A stretch of DNA of 64,000 nt, taken from an uncultured Rhodospirillaceae bacterium. Its GTDB lineage: Bacteria; Pseudomonadota; Alphaproteobacteria; UBA7887. Of the stretch, positions 50,847-61,487 are shown in pieces. The notes beneath the pieces are model-generated. The model was not told where the DNA came from, searched no databases, and saw only the letters and a program-made list of their open reading frames with translations. Made by a program: the position numbers and the translations under genes. Every line of letters starts with the position of its first letter. Position 1 is the stretch's first letter. Where the stretch lies: NCBI GenBank assembly GCA_964515905.1, contig CAZEWK010000089.1:13719-77718 (forward strand). Direction: 5' to 3'.

Positions 50847-53484
50847 TGAAAGTAAACCCCAGCAGGCCAACTGCGCTAGTATCAAAAACAGCCTCATTGT
50901 TTTCGCAACAGCGTTCGGAAGTCTAGTGGTATGGTACATTTCCCATCCCCATACCCTCATACCAGCATTCAATGACCAAATTAATGCAGTAGCCTACACT
51001 GTACAACAAAGATGGGAATCGCCTACGGATCAAAGAAGAAACCCAAAATCTTCAATCCAAGACGTCCAACAAATTGCTGGAATAACCGGGGCTGTCAGAA
51101 CTTATACGGTAAGCGGTGGCATAAAAGATTTTATCCAACAGGCAGAGAAAGCTGGACTAGAAATTATAGCTGGTGCTTGGACTGGAGTAGACTCCAAAAC
51201 TGATGGGAAAGAACTTTCCGCCCTTATACAGGTTGGGCGTTCCCAACATAATATTAAGCGTTTGCTAGTCGGAAACGAAGTTTTGCTTCGTAATAATCTC
51301 TCGCCTAGTCAGGTTCAAAAATACATCGAGGAGGTTCGAATAAAGACAAAAAAACCAACTAGCGTTGCTGAGCCATGGCATATATGGCTCGCAAACCCCA
51401 CACTAGCCGACAGCGCCGATTTCCTTGCTGTACATATCCTTCCCTACTGGGAGGGAATATCGGTCGAACAAGCAGTGCCCTACATAGATCAAAGATTGAA
51501 GCAACTTCAGAATACTTATCCTGGAAAACCAATTCTTCTGGCTGAGGTGGGATGGCCTTCTGCAGGGGATTCCCGCGGCGACGCAAAGGCTTCCAAAACT
51601 AATCAAATATTTTTTGTCCGCACATTTGCGGCGTACGCAAAGAAACATAACATTGATTACGTGTTGCTCGAAGCTTATGACCAACCATGGAAAGCTCACA
51701 TTGAAGGCCAAGTGGGTTCCCACTGGGGCCTGTTTGACGCACATAGAAACCCTAAATGGCCCTTGGCTGGCAGCCCGATTTACAAAAATTTATACTGGCT
51801 TCCTTGGGCTTTATTAGCATCCTTCTTTGCCACAGTCGCCCAGTTTATTTACATCCGCCAGTGGCCACAAATCAAGGTGTGGAAAGCTGTACTAATAGGA
51901 GTGTGCTTTCAAGCATGGGCTGTCGGGCTGATATGGCCATACATGGCACTGACCAATCACTATTTAACCCAGCTGGGTCTTATCGTATGGATCACCCTAA
52001 GTGTATCCCAACTTATACTATTTCTACTTCTTGCGACTGATTTAGTTGAATTTGTAAACGTACTGTGGCATCGGCCACATCGATGTCCAACGTCACAAAT
52101 TATAACCAAAGACATTGAAACCTACTTTGTGTCAATCCATGTTCCCTGCAGTGGCGAGCCATTTGAAATAGTATCTCAGACCCTTACTGGATTATCACGT
52201 CTTGATTATCCGAACTATGAAGTAATAGTGATCAGCAACAACTACCAATCTCCGGGTCGATGGAAACCTATTCAGAAATTATGCTTGCATTTGGGTCCTA
52301 AATTTCACTTCGTACATCAAGATCATTGTCCTGGATACAAAGCTGGAGCACTCAATCTTGCAGAAACTCTTACCAACGTTCGTGCTGAGATTATCGCTGT
52401 AGTGGATTGTGATTATGTCGTTGAACCTAATTGGCTACGAAGCCTAATGCCCATTTTTAAGAGTCCGGATATCGCCATTGTGCAGTCTCCGCAAGATCAC
52501 GTTGCTTCGAGCGAAAATAAGTTCCAAAAAAAATGTTTCTGGGAATATGCCGGGTTTTTCCAAGTTGGAATGATCCAGCGTAATGAGGCAAATGCAATAA
52601 TTCAGCATGGAACCATGACATTGATTCGCCGATCTGCACTTGCGCAGGTGGGTGGGTGGAGTGAATGGTGCATCACTGAAGACGCAGAACTCGGTCTTCG
52701 TTTGCTTGCCGCAGGTTGGAACTCCTTATATGTCCCCAATTCATTTGGTCGAGGCTTGTTACCATCCGATTTTAACGCATACAAAACTCAACGCTTTCGG
52801 TGGACATATGGAGCGATGCAAATTCTACGCCGGTTTGGTCCGGAATTACTCGGTCTGAGAAAGAGTCGTTTACGGATGCCGCAAAAATATCATTTCCTCG
52901 CAGGTTGGATGCCATGGCTAGCAGATGCCGTTGGTTTTATTTTTACGTTAGCAGCGGGTGTGTGGACGGTTACCATGATTATATTCCCGGACCAGTTTGG
53001 CCCCCCGATAGAACTATTTTTAATCCCAGTTTTAGTCGTATTTGTATTACGTCAACTTCGCGACTGGATTCTTTATGCAGTTAGGGTAAAGTGCTCCCTT
53101 AGGAACAGCCTATATGCCGCTATAGCAGGCCAATCACTAAAGTACACAATTGCCCGTGCAGTACTAACTAGTGTTTTTAAAAAAAACATGCCTTTCCAAA
53201 AAACACGAAAACAATGGTCTTTTTTAAGTCCTTTTCAGGCCTTGATGACGTCTGTCACAGAGACTTCTATGTTTCTAGCAATCTCCTGTATTTTAGTCGG
53301 TTTCTGTCTGCACTGTGATCTGAGCGACACAACAAATATATTGTGGATTTTCATACTAATAATACAGACAATGCCATACCTAACGTCCTTCCTAATGGCT
53401 TGCAGTGACGCCCTGTCTCGACGGCGCATGCCCCCAAACCAAACGGGGATTGCACAAATTGAATTACCTACCCACACTAAGTAA
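50839..53484 (+). CDS. ndvB: bifunctional GH17 glycoside hydrolase / GT2 glycosyltransferase (NdvB-like beta-1,3-glucan synthase)
   Basis: 881 aa. N-terminal GH17 motifs LLVGNEV and ILLAEVGWPSAG. Central TM helices. C-terminal GT2 with DCD, TED and QRFRW motifs. This matches the Pseudomonas/Bradyrhizobium NdvB architecture. Confidence 0.7.
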   Translation: MISESKPQQANCASIKNSLIVFATAFGSLVVWYISHPHTLIPAFNDQINAVAYTVQQRWESPTDQRRNPKSSIQDVQQIAGITGAVRTYTVSGGIKDFIQQAEKAGLEIIAGAWTGVDSKTDGKELSALIQVGRSQHNIKRLLVGNEVLLRNNLSPSQVQKYIEEVRIKTKKPTSVAEPWHIWLANPTLADSADFLAVHILPYWEGISVEQAVPYIDQRLKQLQNTYPGKPILLAEVGWPSAGDSRGDAKASKTNQIFFVRTFAAYAKKHNIDYVLLEAYDQPWKAHIEGQVGSHWGLFDAHRNPKWPLAGSPIYKNLYWLPWALLASFFATVAQFIYIRQWPQIKVWKAVLIGVCFQAWAVGLIWPYMALTNHYLTQLGLIVWITLSVSQLILFLLLATDLVEFVNVLWHRPHRCPTSQIITKDIETYFVSIHVPCSGEPFEIVSQTLTGLSRLDYPNYEVIVISNNYQSPGRWKPIQKLCLHLGPKFHFVHQDHCPGYKAGALNLAETLTNVRAEIIAVVDCDYVVEPNWLRSLMPIFKSPDIAIVQSPQDHVASSENKFQKKCFWEYAGFFQVGMIQRNEANAIIQHGTMTLIRRSALAQVGGWSEWCITEDAELGLRLLAAGWNSLYVPNSFGRGLLPSDFNAYKTQRFRWTYGAMQILRRFGPELLGLRKSRLRMPQKYHFLAGWMPWLADAVGFIFTLAAGVWTVTMIIFPDQFGPPIELFLIPVLVVFVLRQLRDWILYAVRVKCSLRNSLYAAIAGQSLKYTIARAVLTSVFKKNMPFQKTRKQWSFLSPFQALMTSVTETSMFLAISCILVGFCLHCDLSDTTNILWIFILIIQTMPYLTSFLMACSDALSRRRMPPNQTGIAQIELPTHTK

Positions 53485-53531
53485 AATGATTAGGCTCGGG
53501 TCAACACCAAGGGATCATTGATAGCTATCAA

Positions 53532-54635
53532 ATGAAAGTTGACGGCACTCACTATCAAACAATATGGGTCCATGATGATGGCTGGCGCGTCAACATCATC
53601 GACCAAACGAAATTACCTCATGAGTTCAACGTCACCACCCTATCCTCCTCATGTGAAGTAGCCCATGCTATTCGTACAATGATGGTGCGTGGCGCGCCAT
53701 TAATTGGTGCAGCAGCGGCGTTCGGTATTTGTCTAGCCATGCGGAAAGACCCCTCCGACGACAATTTAGAAGATGCATCCAAATTGCTTTTAGCTACAAG
53801 GCCAACAGCCATTAACCTACATCATGCTGTCCATGAGATGCGGGCGAACTTGCTATCCATTAGGGAACCAGAACGAGCAAACACCGCATACAGAATGGCA
53901 GAAAATATTTGTTCAATCGATATAAAAACGAATCGAGCAATTGGTGAACATGGCTTCCGAATCCTGAAAGGCATTTCCGAAAATAAACCAACAGGTGTTC
54001 CGGTGAATATTTTAACCCATTGCAACGCCGGGTGGCTTGCTACAGTCGACTGGGGCACGGCCACTGCGCCAATATACACTGCTCATAGTGCGGGCATTCC
54101 AATTCATATCTGGGTGGACGAGACACGACCCAGGAATCAGGGCGCTGCGCTAACCGCCTTCGAATTTTTGGAACAGGATATCCCACATACAGTTATCGTA
54201 GATAATGCCGGGGGACATTTAATGCAAAATGGACTGATTGACCTTTGCATTGTTGGAACAGACCGGACGACGGCAACTGGCGACGTAGCGAATAAAATCG
54301 GTACTTATTTGAAGGCCCTCGCAGCCAAGGACAACAATATTCCTTTCTATGTAGCACTTCCTTCTTCCACTATAGATTGGTCAATAAAGGATGGAATCAC
54401 TCAAATACCCATTGAAGAACGCCCACAAGAGGAAGTCCTATACATTAACGGACAAGATGAAACTGGCCGGCTAACCCGAATCCAGATTACTCCGGACGGC
54501 ACGAATGCAGTAAACTATGCCTTTGACGTTACTCCAGCGCATCTAATTACAGGTTTAATTACCGAAAGAGGAGTCGCGGATCCCTCCAAAGAAGGTCTAG
54601 AAAAACTTTTCCCCAAATCAGCTCGCGGAAACTGA
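53532..54635 (+). CDS. mtnA: S-methyl-5-thioribose-1-phosphate isomerase
   Basis: 367 aa, eIF-2B alpha/beta/delta-like. VRGAPLIGAAAAFG and ...CNAG...TGADR... typical of MtnA. Confidence 0.85.
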   Translation: MKVDGTHYQTIWVHDDGWRVNIIDQTKLPHEFNVTTLSSSCEVAHAIRTMMVRGAPLIGAAAAFGICLAMRKDPSDDNLEDASKLLLATRPTAINLHHAVHEMRANLLSIREPERANTAYRMAENICSIDIKTNRAIGEHGFRILKGISENKPTGVPVNILTHCNAGWLATVDWGTATAPIYTAHSAGIPIHIWVDETRPRNQGAALTAFEFLEQDIPHTVIVDNAGGHLMQNGLIDLCIVGTDRTTATGDVANKIGTYLKALAAKDNNIPFYVALPSSTIDWSIKDGITQIPIEERPQEEVLYINGQDETGRLTRIQITPDGTNAVNYAFDVTPAHLITGLITERGVADPSKEGLEKLFPKSARGN

Positions 54636-54638
54636 TAA

Positions 54639-55130
54639 CTATTTAATATCACGAAAGCCGCTAGCATCCTCAATCGCCCTAGTATCTGTCGGCCTTGGAA
54701 AAGGCTCCGGCGCAGCTTGGCCCGCCACGCGCCGTCGTCCTATCTGGGCAAAAAACTTTTCCAGACCAGGCGGTGTAATAACCCAAAGCATGACAAGATC
54801 TTGATCAAAATCGTTTACGATTTCGTGACTGACGTCAGGGCCGAGAAAACAAGTTGTCCCGGGCACCAATGAATGCTCCTCTCCTGAAACGCAAACGCGA
54901 CCACCACCCTTAAAACAAACCTGCAACTCTATTTGATCTGAATGGGAATGCGCACGAATATGCCCTCCTGGTGCAATGGTTTGAAACCCCGTCGCCAAAA
55001 CGTCACAGTTAGTATTTTGAGGACTAAGCATTACCTCGCTATAGCCATTTGCCGGCACCGGTTGCCAGTAACTGGGCCCTTCACCGGGCTGCACAACTAC
55101 TGCCTGGTTACGTGCAGCTTGAATATTCAT
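54639..55130 (-). CDS. cupin-domain protein
   Basis: 163 aa. Two-His cupin motifs (GGHIRAHSHSDQIE ... PGTTCFLGPDVSHE). Confidence 0.7.
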   Translation of the reverse strand: MNIQAARNQAVVVQPGEGPSYWQPVPANGYSEVMLSPQNTNCDVLATGFQTIAPGGHIRAHSHSDQIELQVCFKGGGRVCVSGEEHSLVPGTTCFLGPDVSHEIVNDFDQDLVMLWVITPPGLEKFFAQIGRRRVAGQAAPEPFPRPTDTRAIEDASGFRDIK

Positions 55131-55336
55131 TCTATCTTCCCCCGTGCTGCTAGGATGTAAACTCCAAAACTTTCCTCTTCACAACCCTTATCATAAATTC
55201 TCAAATCCACAAACTAGGGCGCTTTATATTTGCGCAACCTAATTCCTTAAAGCATTGTACTGGGATGGTTTGTGTGATTAGCAATCCACCTATGATATTG
55301 CCCAAAAAATAGTGCAGGACAGAAAGATACAGAGAA

Positions 55337-55624
55337 ATGCCCAATAAACTCACTGACGCACAAATCACAGATTCCCTTGCCGAAATAGAGGGGTGGAGAA
55401 GGTTAGAAAACCGTGACGCCATTTATAAGCAGTTTGAATTTTCTGATTTCATTGCCGCCTTTAGTTGGATGCTCCGGGTAGCGATGTTTGCAGAAAAAAT
55501 GAACCACCACCCTGAATGGTTTAACGTGTACAACAAGGTTGAAGTAACTCTTGCGACTCATGATGTCGAAGGGCTGAGTGAAAAAGATTTCAAACTAGCT
55601 CAGCTGATGGATTCAAATAAGTGA
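55337..55624 (+). CDS. phhB: 4a-hydroxytetrahydrobiopterin dehydratase (pterin-4-alpha-carbinolamine dehydratase)
   Basis: 95 aa. ...[41 protein letters not shown] signature of the PCD/DCoH family. Confidence 0.85.
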   Translation: MPNKLTDAQITDSLAEIEGWRRLENRDAIYKQFEFSDFIAAFSWMLRVAMFAEKMNHHPEWFNVYNKVEVTLATHDVEGLSEKDFKLAQLMDSNK

Positions 55625-56118
55625 CCAGCCTTGTGAGTAGTAATTTTAAGGACGTCCCACTCGGAATATTAGTCGTTGCCCTGACCGGGTTACTCATCAT
55701 CTATGGATTGTCTTTTTTGATGCTTTTTGGGAAACCAGTGCTGGCTATCAATGCATACCTACAATTGATTTATTTTAGTGTCCTTATTTTAAGTTTTCTG
55801 GGTGCCATCAACTGGGGGCTAGCTATTTCTGCGGAATCACGTGGTATTCGCATTTCACCTTGGTGGTATATAGCTGCTGCTGGACCTACTGCATTAGGAT
55901 GGATAGCTCTTATTCTTATAAGCCCCACTATCAAGATTGTGGTTTTATCGTTAGGATTTTTTAGCTCTTTTATGTTGGATGTAACCGCTTCATCCCGGGG
56001 CTACGCTCCCGTCTGGTATAAAAATCTCAGAAAATTGATGACGACCGCTGTATTAATTGCAATGACTTTGGCGCTGCTAGCTGTTCGACTAACAATCACA
56101 AGTAGTCTCCTAGGTTGA
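55621..56118 (+). CDS. DUF3429-family membrane protein
   Basis: 165 aa, four predicted TM helices. ...[20 protein letters not shown] resembles the DUF3429 core. Start overlaps the phhB stop by 4 nt. Confidence 0.5.
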   Translation: MTSLVSSNFKDVPLGILVVALTGLLIIYGLSFLMLFGKPVLAINAYLQLIYFSVLILSFLGAINWGLAISAESRGIRISPWWYIAAAGPTALGWIALILISPTIKIVVLSLGFFSSFMLDVTASSRGYAPVWYKNLRKLMTTAVLIAMTLALLAVRLTITSSLLG

Positions 56119-56139
56119 ATTTTAAAAACCGGTTTTACT

Positions 56140-57084
56140 TCATGAGTTCAAATGTCCCGATTTCTCAGATGCGATATTTTGTCCTAATCTTGCTTCGCGG
56201 TGAGTAATATAAACAGAGCTTGAAACTATCACTCCAGCACCAATCCAAGTCCATATATCGGGAGTTTCATCGAAGGCCATAAATCCAATGAACGCTACAA
56301 ATGGCAAACCCATAAATTCAAAGGGGACCACAGCCGTTGCATCGGCGAGTGCAAAACTCCTTGCCACAGACTGATGAGCAAGGGTAGCAATAAGACCAAG
56401 CCCTACCAACCAAAACCACTCATGGCCGGATGGCGATTCCCAAAATGCCACCGCCGGCATAAACGAAAGAGGCAAAACCAAAAATACCAACCAAAACACT
56501 ATGGCATTCGGATGATCTTTCCCCGTAAGGTACTTCACCATAACCTGATTTACTGCCATGAGTAACGCCGCAATTAGGATCAAGAGACTGCCTGTACCAA
56601 ATTCCTCGAAGCCTGGCCGCAGCACAATCAAAGTTCCTACAAAACCTACTATTGTTGCGGTCCAACGTCTTCGGCGCATGACTTCACCCAAAAGTATCAC
56701 CGCGGCGATTGAGGAAAATAAAGGGGTGGTGAAGCCAAGTGCAACCGCTTCCGCCAGTGGCATGTGGTTTATACCGTAGAACCAACAACACATGCCCACA
56801 ACGGCGATGAGGCCTCTAATCCCGTGAAGAAGGGGGTTTTGTGTGTGAAGAGAAGTGAGTCCCGAACGCAACAGAAACGGTGCCATGCCAACCAATCCAA
56901 AAAGGCAGCGAAAAAAGACAACTATTATTGGTTCAATTGACCCACCAAGATGGCGCACTATACCGTTCATAGCGGAAAAACAAATACAAGCAAATGTCAT
57001 CCAAATGGCGACCTGGACCATTTTCCCGCTGGGCATCAACTTTATTTGAAACAAAAAATGTCTCCATGATAGGACTAGTACCAA
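56140..57084 (-). CDS. DMT-superfamily (EamA-like) transporter
   Basis: 314 aa, 10 predicted TM helices in two EamA-like halves. Confidence 0.8.
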   Translation of the reverse strand: MVLVLSWRHFLFQIKLMPSGKMVQVAIWMTFACICFSAMNGIVRHLGGSIEPIIVVFFRCLFGLVGMAPFLLRSGLTSLHTQNPLLHGIRGLIAVVGMCCWFYGINHMPLAEAVALGFTTPLFSSIAAVILLGEVMRRRRWTATIVGFVGTLIVLRPGFEEFGTGSLLILIAALLMAVNQVMVKYLTGKDHPNAIVFWLVFLVLPLSFMPAVAFWESPSGHEWFWLVGLGLIATLAHQSVARSFALADATAVVPFEFMGLPFVAFIGFMAFDETPDIWTWIGAGVIVSSSVYITHREARLGQNIASEKSGHLNS

Positions 57085-57227
57085 TGTTCATAGCTGGTAG
57101 GATTTTCTAAAAACCATCATAATACTGAATAAATAGCTTTCCACATGAATAACCATATACCCTCAAGTATCCCCATTATGAGCATCCCAAGGCATATGCT
57201 TTAGGAGTGCTCTTAGGAAAACCCACG

Positions 57228-59186
57228 ATGACAGAAACTACCCCTTTATGGGAGCCTAGTGATCTCCGCATAGCTCAAAGCAACCTGCAGAAGTTTATGG
57301 GGATGGTGAACACAAGGACCAGAATGAATTTTAGTAACTATCGTTCATTATACGATTGGTCAATTAACAATTCAGAATCTTTTTGGCGCGCTCTAATCGA
57401 TTTCTCACAACTTAAAGCTAGTTCGTGGGGCGACAAAACCCTTGTTGATGGCGGAAAGATGCCCGGAGCCCAATGGTTTCCTGATGCTAAACTCAATTAC
57501 GCCGAAAATATGCTCTGCAAAAGTGATGATTCTGCAGCAATTGTTTTTCGGAATGAAAATGGGCTTTCCAGAACCCTCAGTTGGCAGGAGCTAACACAAC
57601 AAGTTGCTACTCTATCGAACGCCCTTCGAAATTTTGGTATTCAGCCCGGCGATCGGGTTGCTGCTATCGCACCGAATATTCCAGAAACAATTATATGGTT
57701 TCTAGCGACAGTTAGCGTAGGCGGTATTTGGTCCTCATGTTCACCTGACTTCGGAACAGACGGCGTCTTAGACCGCTTTTCCCAAATTGCCCCTCGTATT
57801 TTAGTCACTTGCGACGGTTATTCCTATAATGGAAAGCGATATCAAGTTCTAGATAAACTAGCTACCATTTTGGACCGTTTACCTGATGTGGAAATGTGTG
57901 TGGTAATCCCATATGCGAGCTCAGACCCTTTAGTGACGCCATTGAAAAATACTATTTTATTCGATGATTTAATTGCGGGAAGTCAAACGGGACATACTAT
58001 TTTTGAACAGCTACCATTTTCGCATCCATTGTATATTCTTTATTCTTCTGGAACCACAGGCCGACCTAAATGCATTGTGCATAGTGCGGGCGGAGCTTTA
58101 CTTACCCACATAAAAGAGCATCAACTCCATTGTGACATCAAACCTGGCAATCGAGTATTTTATTACACCACCTGTGGATGGATGATGTGGAACTGGCTGG
58201 TTTCCGCACTTGGATCAGGAGCATGCCTTGCTCTATATGATGGTGCACCATCCCATCCCAATCACGATGTTCTATTTGACTATATAGATCTGGCACAAAT
58301 CAACTTATTTGGTACCTCCGCTAAGTTCATTGACTCTTTGGCTAAAGCATCTATATCTCCGATCAAGAGCCATAGTCTAAGTTCTTTAAAAACCATCACA
58401 TCTACCGGCTCTCCTTTAGCACCTGAATCTTTTGAATACGTGTACCAGAGCATCAAAAAGGATGTCCACCTCGCTTCTATCGCTGGGGGTACCGATATCG
58501 TTGGCTGCTTCGTTGCGGGGGTCCCCACCGAACCAGTTTGGAGCGGCGAAATCCAGGGGCCCGCGTTAGCGATGGCTGCCAAGATCTTCGATTCAGAAAG
58601 GAACTCTGTAACGGGTCAAAAGGGCGAATTGGTATGCACAGAGCCATTTCCATCAATGCCATTAAAATTTTGGAACGACCCAGGCGCGACCCAATATAGG
58701 GCCACCTACTTCGACCACTTCCCCGGGGTATGGAGACATGGAGACTGGGCCGAAGTTACAAGCCGTGGGAGTTTTATAATATATGGGCGCTCAGACGCAA
58801 CGCTCAATGCCGGAGGAGTACGGATCGGCACCGCTGAGATTTACCGACAAGTGGAACAATTATGGGAGGTCATTGAAAGCGTAGCAATTGGTCAGGACTG
58901 GGATGGAGACACTCGGATTGTTCTATTTGTCAGCTTACAACCTTCTGTCCGCCTAACCCAAACCTTAAGTAGCAAAATTAAGGATCGACTTCGCAGCTTC
59001 TGCTCTCCCCGACACATTCCTTCTCGTATTATTTCTGTTCCTGACATTCCTCGGACCAAAAGCGGAAAAATATCAGAACTCGCCGTGAGAGATACTGTGC
59101 ACGGGAAAGCAATAGAGAACGCGGAAGCTCTTGCTAACCCTGAATCTCTAGAATATTTCACTAACTGCCCAGAACTTCAGTCGTAA
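57228..59186 (+). CDS. acetoacetate--CoA ligase (acetoacetyl-CoA synthetase)
   Basis: N-terminus MTETTPLWEPSDLRIAQSNL..., AMP-binding motif YSSGTTGRPKCIVHS and C-terminal ...PRTKSGKI match AacS. The longest ORF begins at 57207 (GTG). Confidence 0.85.
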   Translation: MTETTPLWEPSDLRIAQSNLQKFMGMVNTRTRMNFSNYRSLYDWSINNSESFWRALIDFSQLKASSWGDKTLVDGGKMPGAQWFPDAKLNYAENMLCKSDDSAAIVFRNENGLSRTLSWQELTQQVATLSNALRNFGIQPGDRVAAIAPNIPETIIWFLATVSVGGIWSSCSPDFGTDGVLDRFSQIAPRILVTCDGYSYNGKRYQVLDKLATILDRLPDVEMCVVIPYASSDPLVTPLKNTILFDDLIAGSQTGHTIFEQLPFSHPLYILYSSGTTGRPKCIVHSAGGALLTHIKEHQLHCDIKPGNRVFYYTTCGWMMWNWLVSALGSGACLALYDGAPSHPNHDVLFDYIDLAQINLFGTSAKFIDSLAKASISPIKSHSLSSLKTITSTGSPLAPESFEYVYQSIKKDVHLASIAGGTDIVGCFVAGVPTEPVWSGEIQGPALAMAAKIFDSERNSVTGQKGELVCTEPFPSMPLKFWNDPGATQYRATYFDHFPGVWRHGDWAEVTSRGSFIIYGRSDATLNAGGVRIGTAEIYRQVEQLWEVIESVAIGQDWDGDTRIVLFVSLQPSVRLTQTLSSKIKDRLRSFCSPRHIPSRIISVPDIPRTKSGKISELAVRDTVHGKAIENAEALANPESLEYFTNCPELQS

Positions 59187-59223
59187 ACCCTAAGACCTGA
59201 ACAAACAGAAATTTGCCCGATCA

Positions 59224-60198
59224 CTAGCCCCGTGTTTCAAGCACCACTTTCCCGGTCGCCTTACGTTCATATAATAGGGCTAATGCTCTACCCGCATCTT
59301 CAAGGGAGAACGAGGCAGAAATATGCGGTGACAATTTTCCCTGACTAAACCAATCAAGTAACATCTGCAGTGAATTCAATAAAATTTCCGGTTTTTTATC
59401 ATTATAAGGTCCCCAGTAAGCTCCTACAGCTGAGCAGTTTTTTAGCAGAAGATAATTAGCAGGAATCTTTTGTATTATCCCGGACGCAAATCCGATGACG
59501 ATAATTCGGCCTTCCCAGTTCATACAGCGAAGGGCTTGGAGCGAGGGATCGCCTCCGACAGGATCATAGACAACGTCTACACCACCGACTAATTCCTTTA
59601 CTTTCTCGCGTAAATCTTCTTCCACATAATTTATCAGGTAATCCGCACCATGTTCCTTGGCAACAGCGAGTTTTGCCTGGGTCGACGCGGCCGCAATGAC
59701 TTTTGCGCCCATTGCTTTTCCGATTTCAACAGCCGCTAGTCCTACGCCACCGGAAGCCCCTAGCACCAGAAGAGTCTCTCCATTTCCTAAATGAGCCCGA
59801 TGGTCTAGAGCCAAATGTGATGTGCCATAAGTCACAGCAAAAGAAGCGCCGACCTTGAAATCCATTTTGTCAGGAATTTTCAGGGCTCTTCCCGACTCTA
59901 CTGTAACCTGTTCGGCAAATCCCCCGTGTGAGGTCATAGCCAATACTCGATCGCCTACCTTAAGACTTGTGACTTGAGAGGCAACCTTAGACACTATTCC
60001 GGCCACCTCACCACCTGGAATAAATGGCAAAGGAGGTTTGGCCTGGTATTTTCCCTGAACAATCAACACATCGGCAAAATTGATCCCGCAGGCATGAACA
60101 TCTATTTGAATCTCACCATCTTTCAAATTAGGCGGACTGGCATCTTCTAGAACCAGTTTTGGTGGCGTACCATATTCCTTGCAAAGTGCAGCTCGCAC
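59224..60198 (-). CDS. NADPH:quinone oxidoreductase (MDR/Qor family)
   Basis: 324 aa. ...GINFADVLIVQGKY... and GASGGVGLAAVEIGKAMGAKVIA Rossmann motif. Confidence 0.85.
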   Translation of the reverse strand: MRAALCKEYGTPPKLVLEDASPPNLKDGEIQIDVHACGINFADVLIVQGKYQAKPPLPFIPGGEVAGIVSKVASQVTSLKVGDRVLAMTSHGGFAEQVTVESGRALKIPDKMDFKVGASFAVTYGTSHLALDHRAHLGNGETLLVLGASGGVGLAAVEIGKAMGAKVIAAASTQAKLAVAKEHGADYLINYVEEDLREKVKELVGGVDVVYDPVGGDPSLQALRCMNWEGRIIVIGFASGIIQKIPANYLLLKNCSAVGAYWGPYNDKKPEILLNSLQMLLDWFSQGKLSPHISASFSLEDAGRALALLYERKATGKVVLETRG

Positions 60199-60272
60199 GG
60201 CGACTCTCTCCTTATTGCTTTATAACAACCATTTGGCACATCATAGAGTGTGTTGGAACAGAGGGCCAATCA

Positions 60273-60830
60273 ATGACGAACCAGTTGAAGGACACGCGAG
60301 CGCCTATTCCTCGCGGGTATTTTGGCATTGGAGCAGAAGGCATCTCAAAACCAATGAATTTGGGGAATTTGATTAGATCTGCACATGCCTTCGGTGCCAG
60401 TTTTGCCTTTACTATAAACGCTAATTATTCGAGCACATCCGCCAGATCGGATACTTCTCTAGCTCCGGTGAACATCCCATTTTATCAACATGGGGACCCT
60501 TCCGAACTTGTTTTAGCAGATGGCTGCGAACTTGTAGGCGTTGAACTTATCGAAGAAGCCATAGATCTACCAAGTTTCCGACACCCCCGATGTGCCGCCT
60601 ATATTTTGGGGCCGGAGCGTGGTCAACTTAGCGCACAATTGCTACAAAGGTGTGTTCAGGTGGTCCGTATACCTACGCACTTTTGCATAAACGTTGCGAC
60701 GGCTGGTGCGATCGTTATGTATGATCGTCTAATTACTATGGGCCGGTTTGCGGAACGGCCGGTCACTGCACATGGAGGAGCCAATCCCCCACCAAACCAT
60801 GTCTACGGCGCCCCTCGACGTCGATCATAA
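60273..60830 (+). CDS. SpoU/TrmH-family RNA 2'-O-methyltransferase
   Basis: SPOUT fold motifs (...LGNLIRSAHAFGAS..., ILGPERGQLS, ...VRIPT....NVATAGAIVMYD). Start taken at MTNQLKDTR; the longest ORF starts at 60159. Confidence 0.75.
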   Translation: MTNQLKDTRAPIPRGYFGIGAEGISKPMNLGNLIRSAHAFGASFAFTINANYSSTSARSDTSLAPVNIPFYQHGDPSELVLADGCELVGVELIEEAIDLPSFRHPRCAAYILGPERGQLSAQLLQRCVQVVRIPTHFCINVATAGAIVMYDRLITMGRFAERPVTAHGGANPPPNHVYGAPRRRS

Positions 60831-60940
60831 AATTACATTCGCAATACCTGTTTTTTGCATACATAATTAGATAGGCTCTAAAAATACTGAAACCTGTTTA
60901 CTATAAAGCTAATATCCAACAAATATCTATGTGAACAGAA

Positions 60941-61465
60941 ATGGCCATGACCCGATATCTTAACTACCTATTAAGTTTAATATTTGTCCTATCGAACGTT
61001 TTTGTTACTTCAACAATTGTGAGCGCAGAGCCTGACAAGTGGCTTGGGGAATTCCAAGACTGGACCGCCGTCTCTTTTGCCGAGGACGGGCGCCATGGTT
61101 GTTACATTGTCAGTAAACCAAAAAAAGAAGAGGGAGACTACACGCAAAGAGGCCCTACGTATGTACAAGTTACTCGCAGACAAGGCACCAACAACGATGT
61201 TGTGAGTTTTCAAGCTGGGTATCGATTTAAGGAAAAAAGCGACGTCTTCGTTGAGATTGACGGCAAAATACAGAAATTGTTTACGGATTCCGAGGTTGCT
61301 TGGACATATACCGACGCAGACGACAAAGTACTCGTCGAAAGTATGCGGAAAGGAAAAAAAATGGTTGTAGTGGGTACATCCTGGAGAGGCACCAAGACGA
61401 CAGATACATACTCACTATTTGGTTTTACCAGGGCATACACGAAAATAGCAGAAGCCTGCAAATGA
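60941..61465 (+). CDS. invasion-associated-locus-B (IalB)-like periplasmic protein
   Basis: 174 aa with signal peptide. Conserved W/C pattern (DWTAVSF...GCYIVSKP) resembles the IalB family. Confidence 0.5.
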   Translation: MAMTRYLNYLLSLIFVLSNVFVTSTIVSAEPDKWLGEFQDWTAVSFAEDGRHGCYIVSKPKKEEGDYTQRGPTYVQVTRRQGTNNDVVSFQAGYRFKEKSDVFVEIDGKIQKLFTDSEVAWTYTDADDKVLVESMRKGKKMVVVGTSWRGTKTTDTYSLFGFTRAYTKIAEACK

Positions 61466-61487
61466 CTTCCACTATCACCTTACAAAA

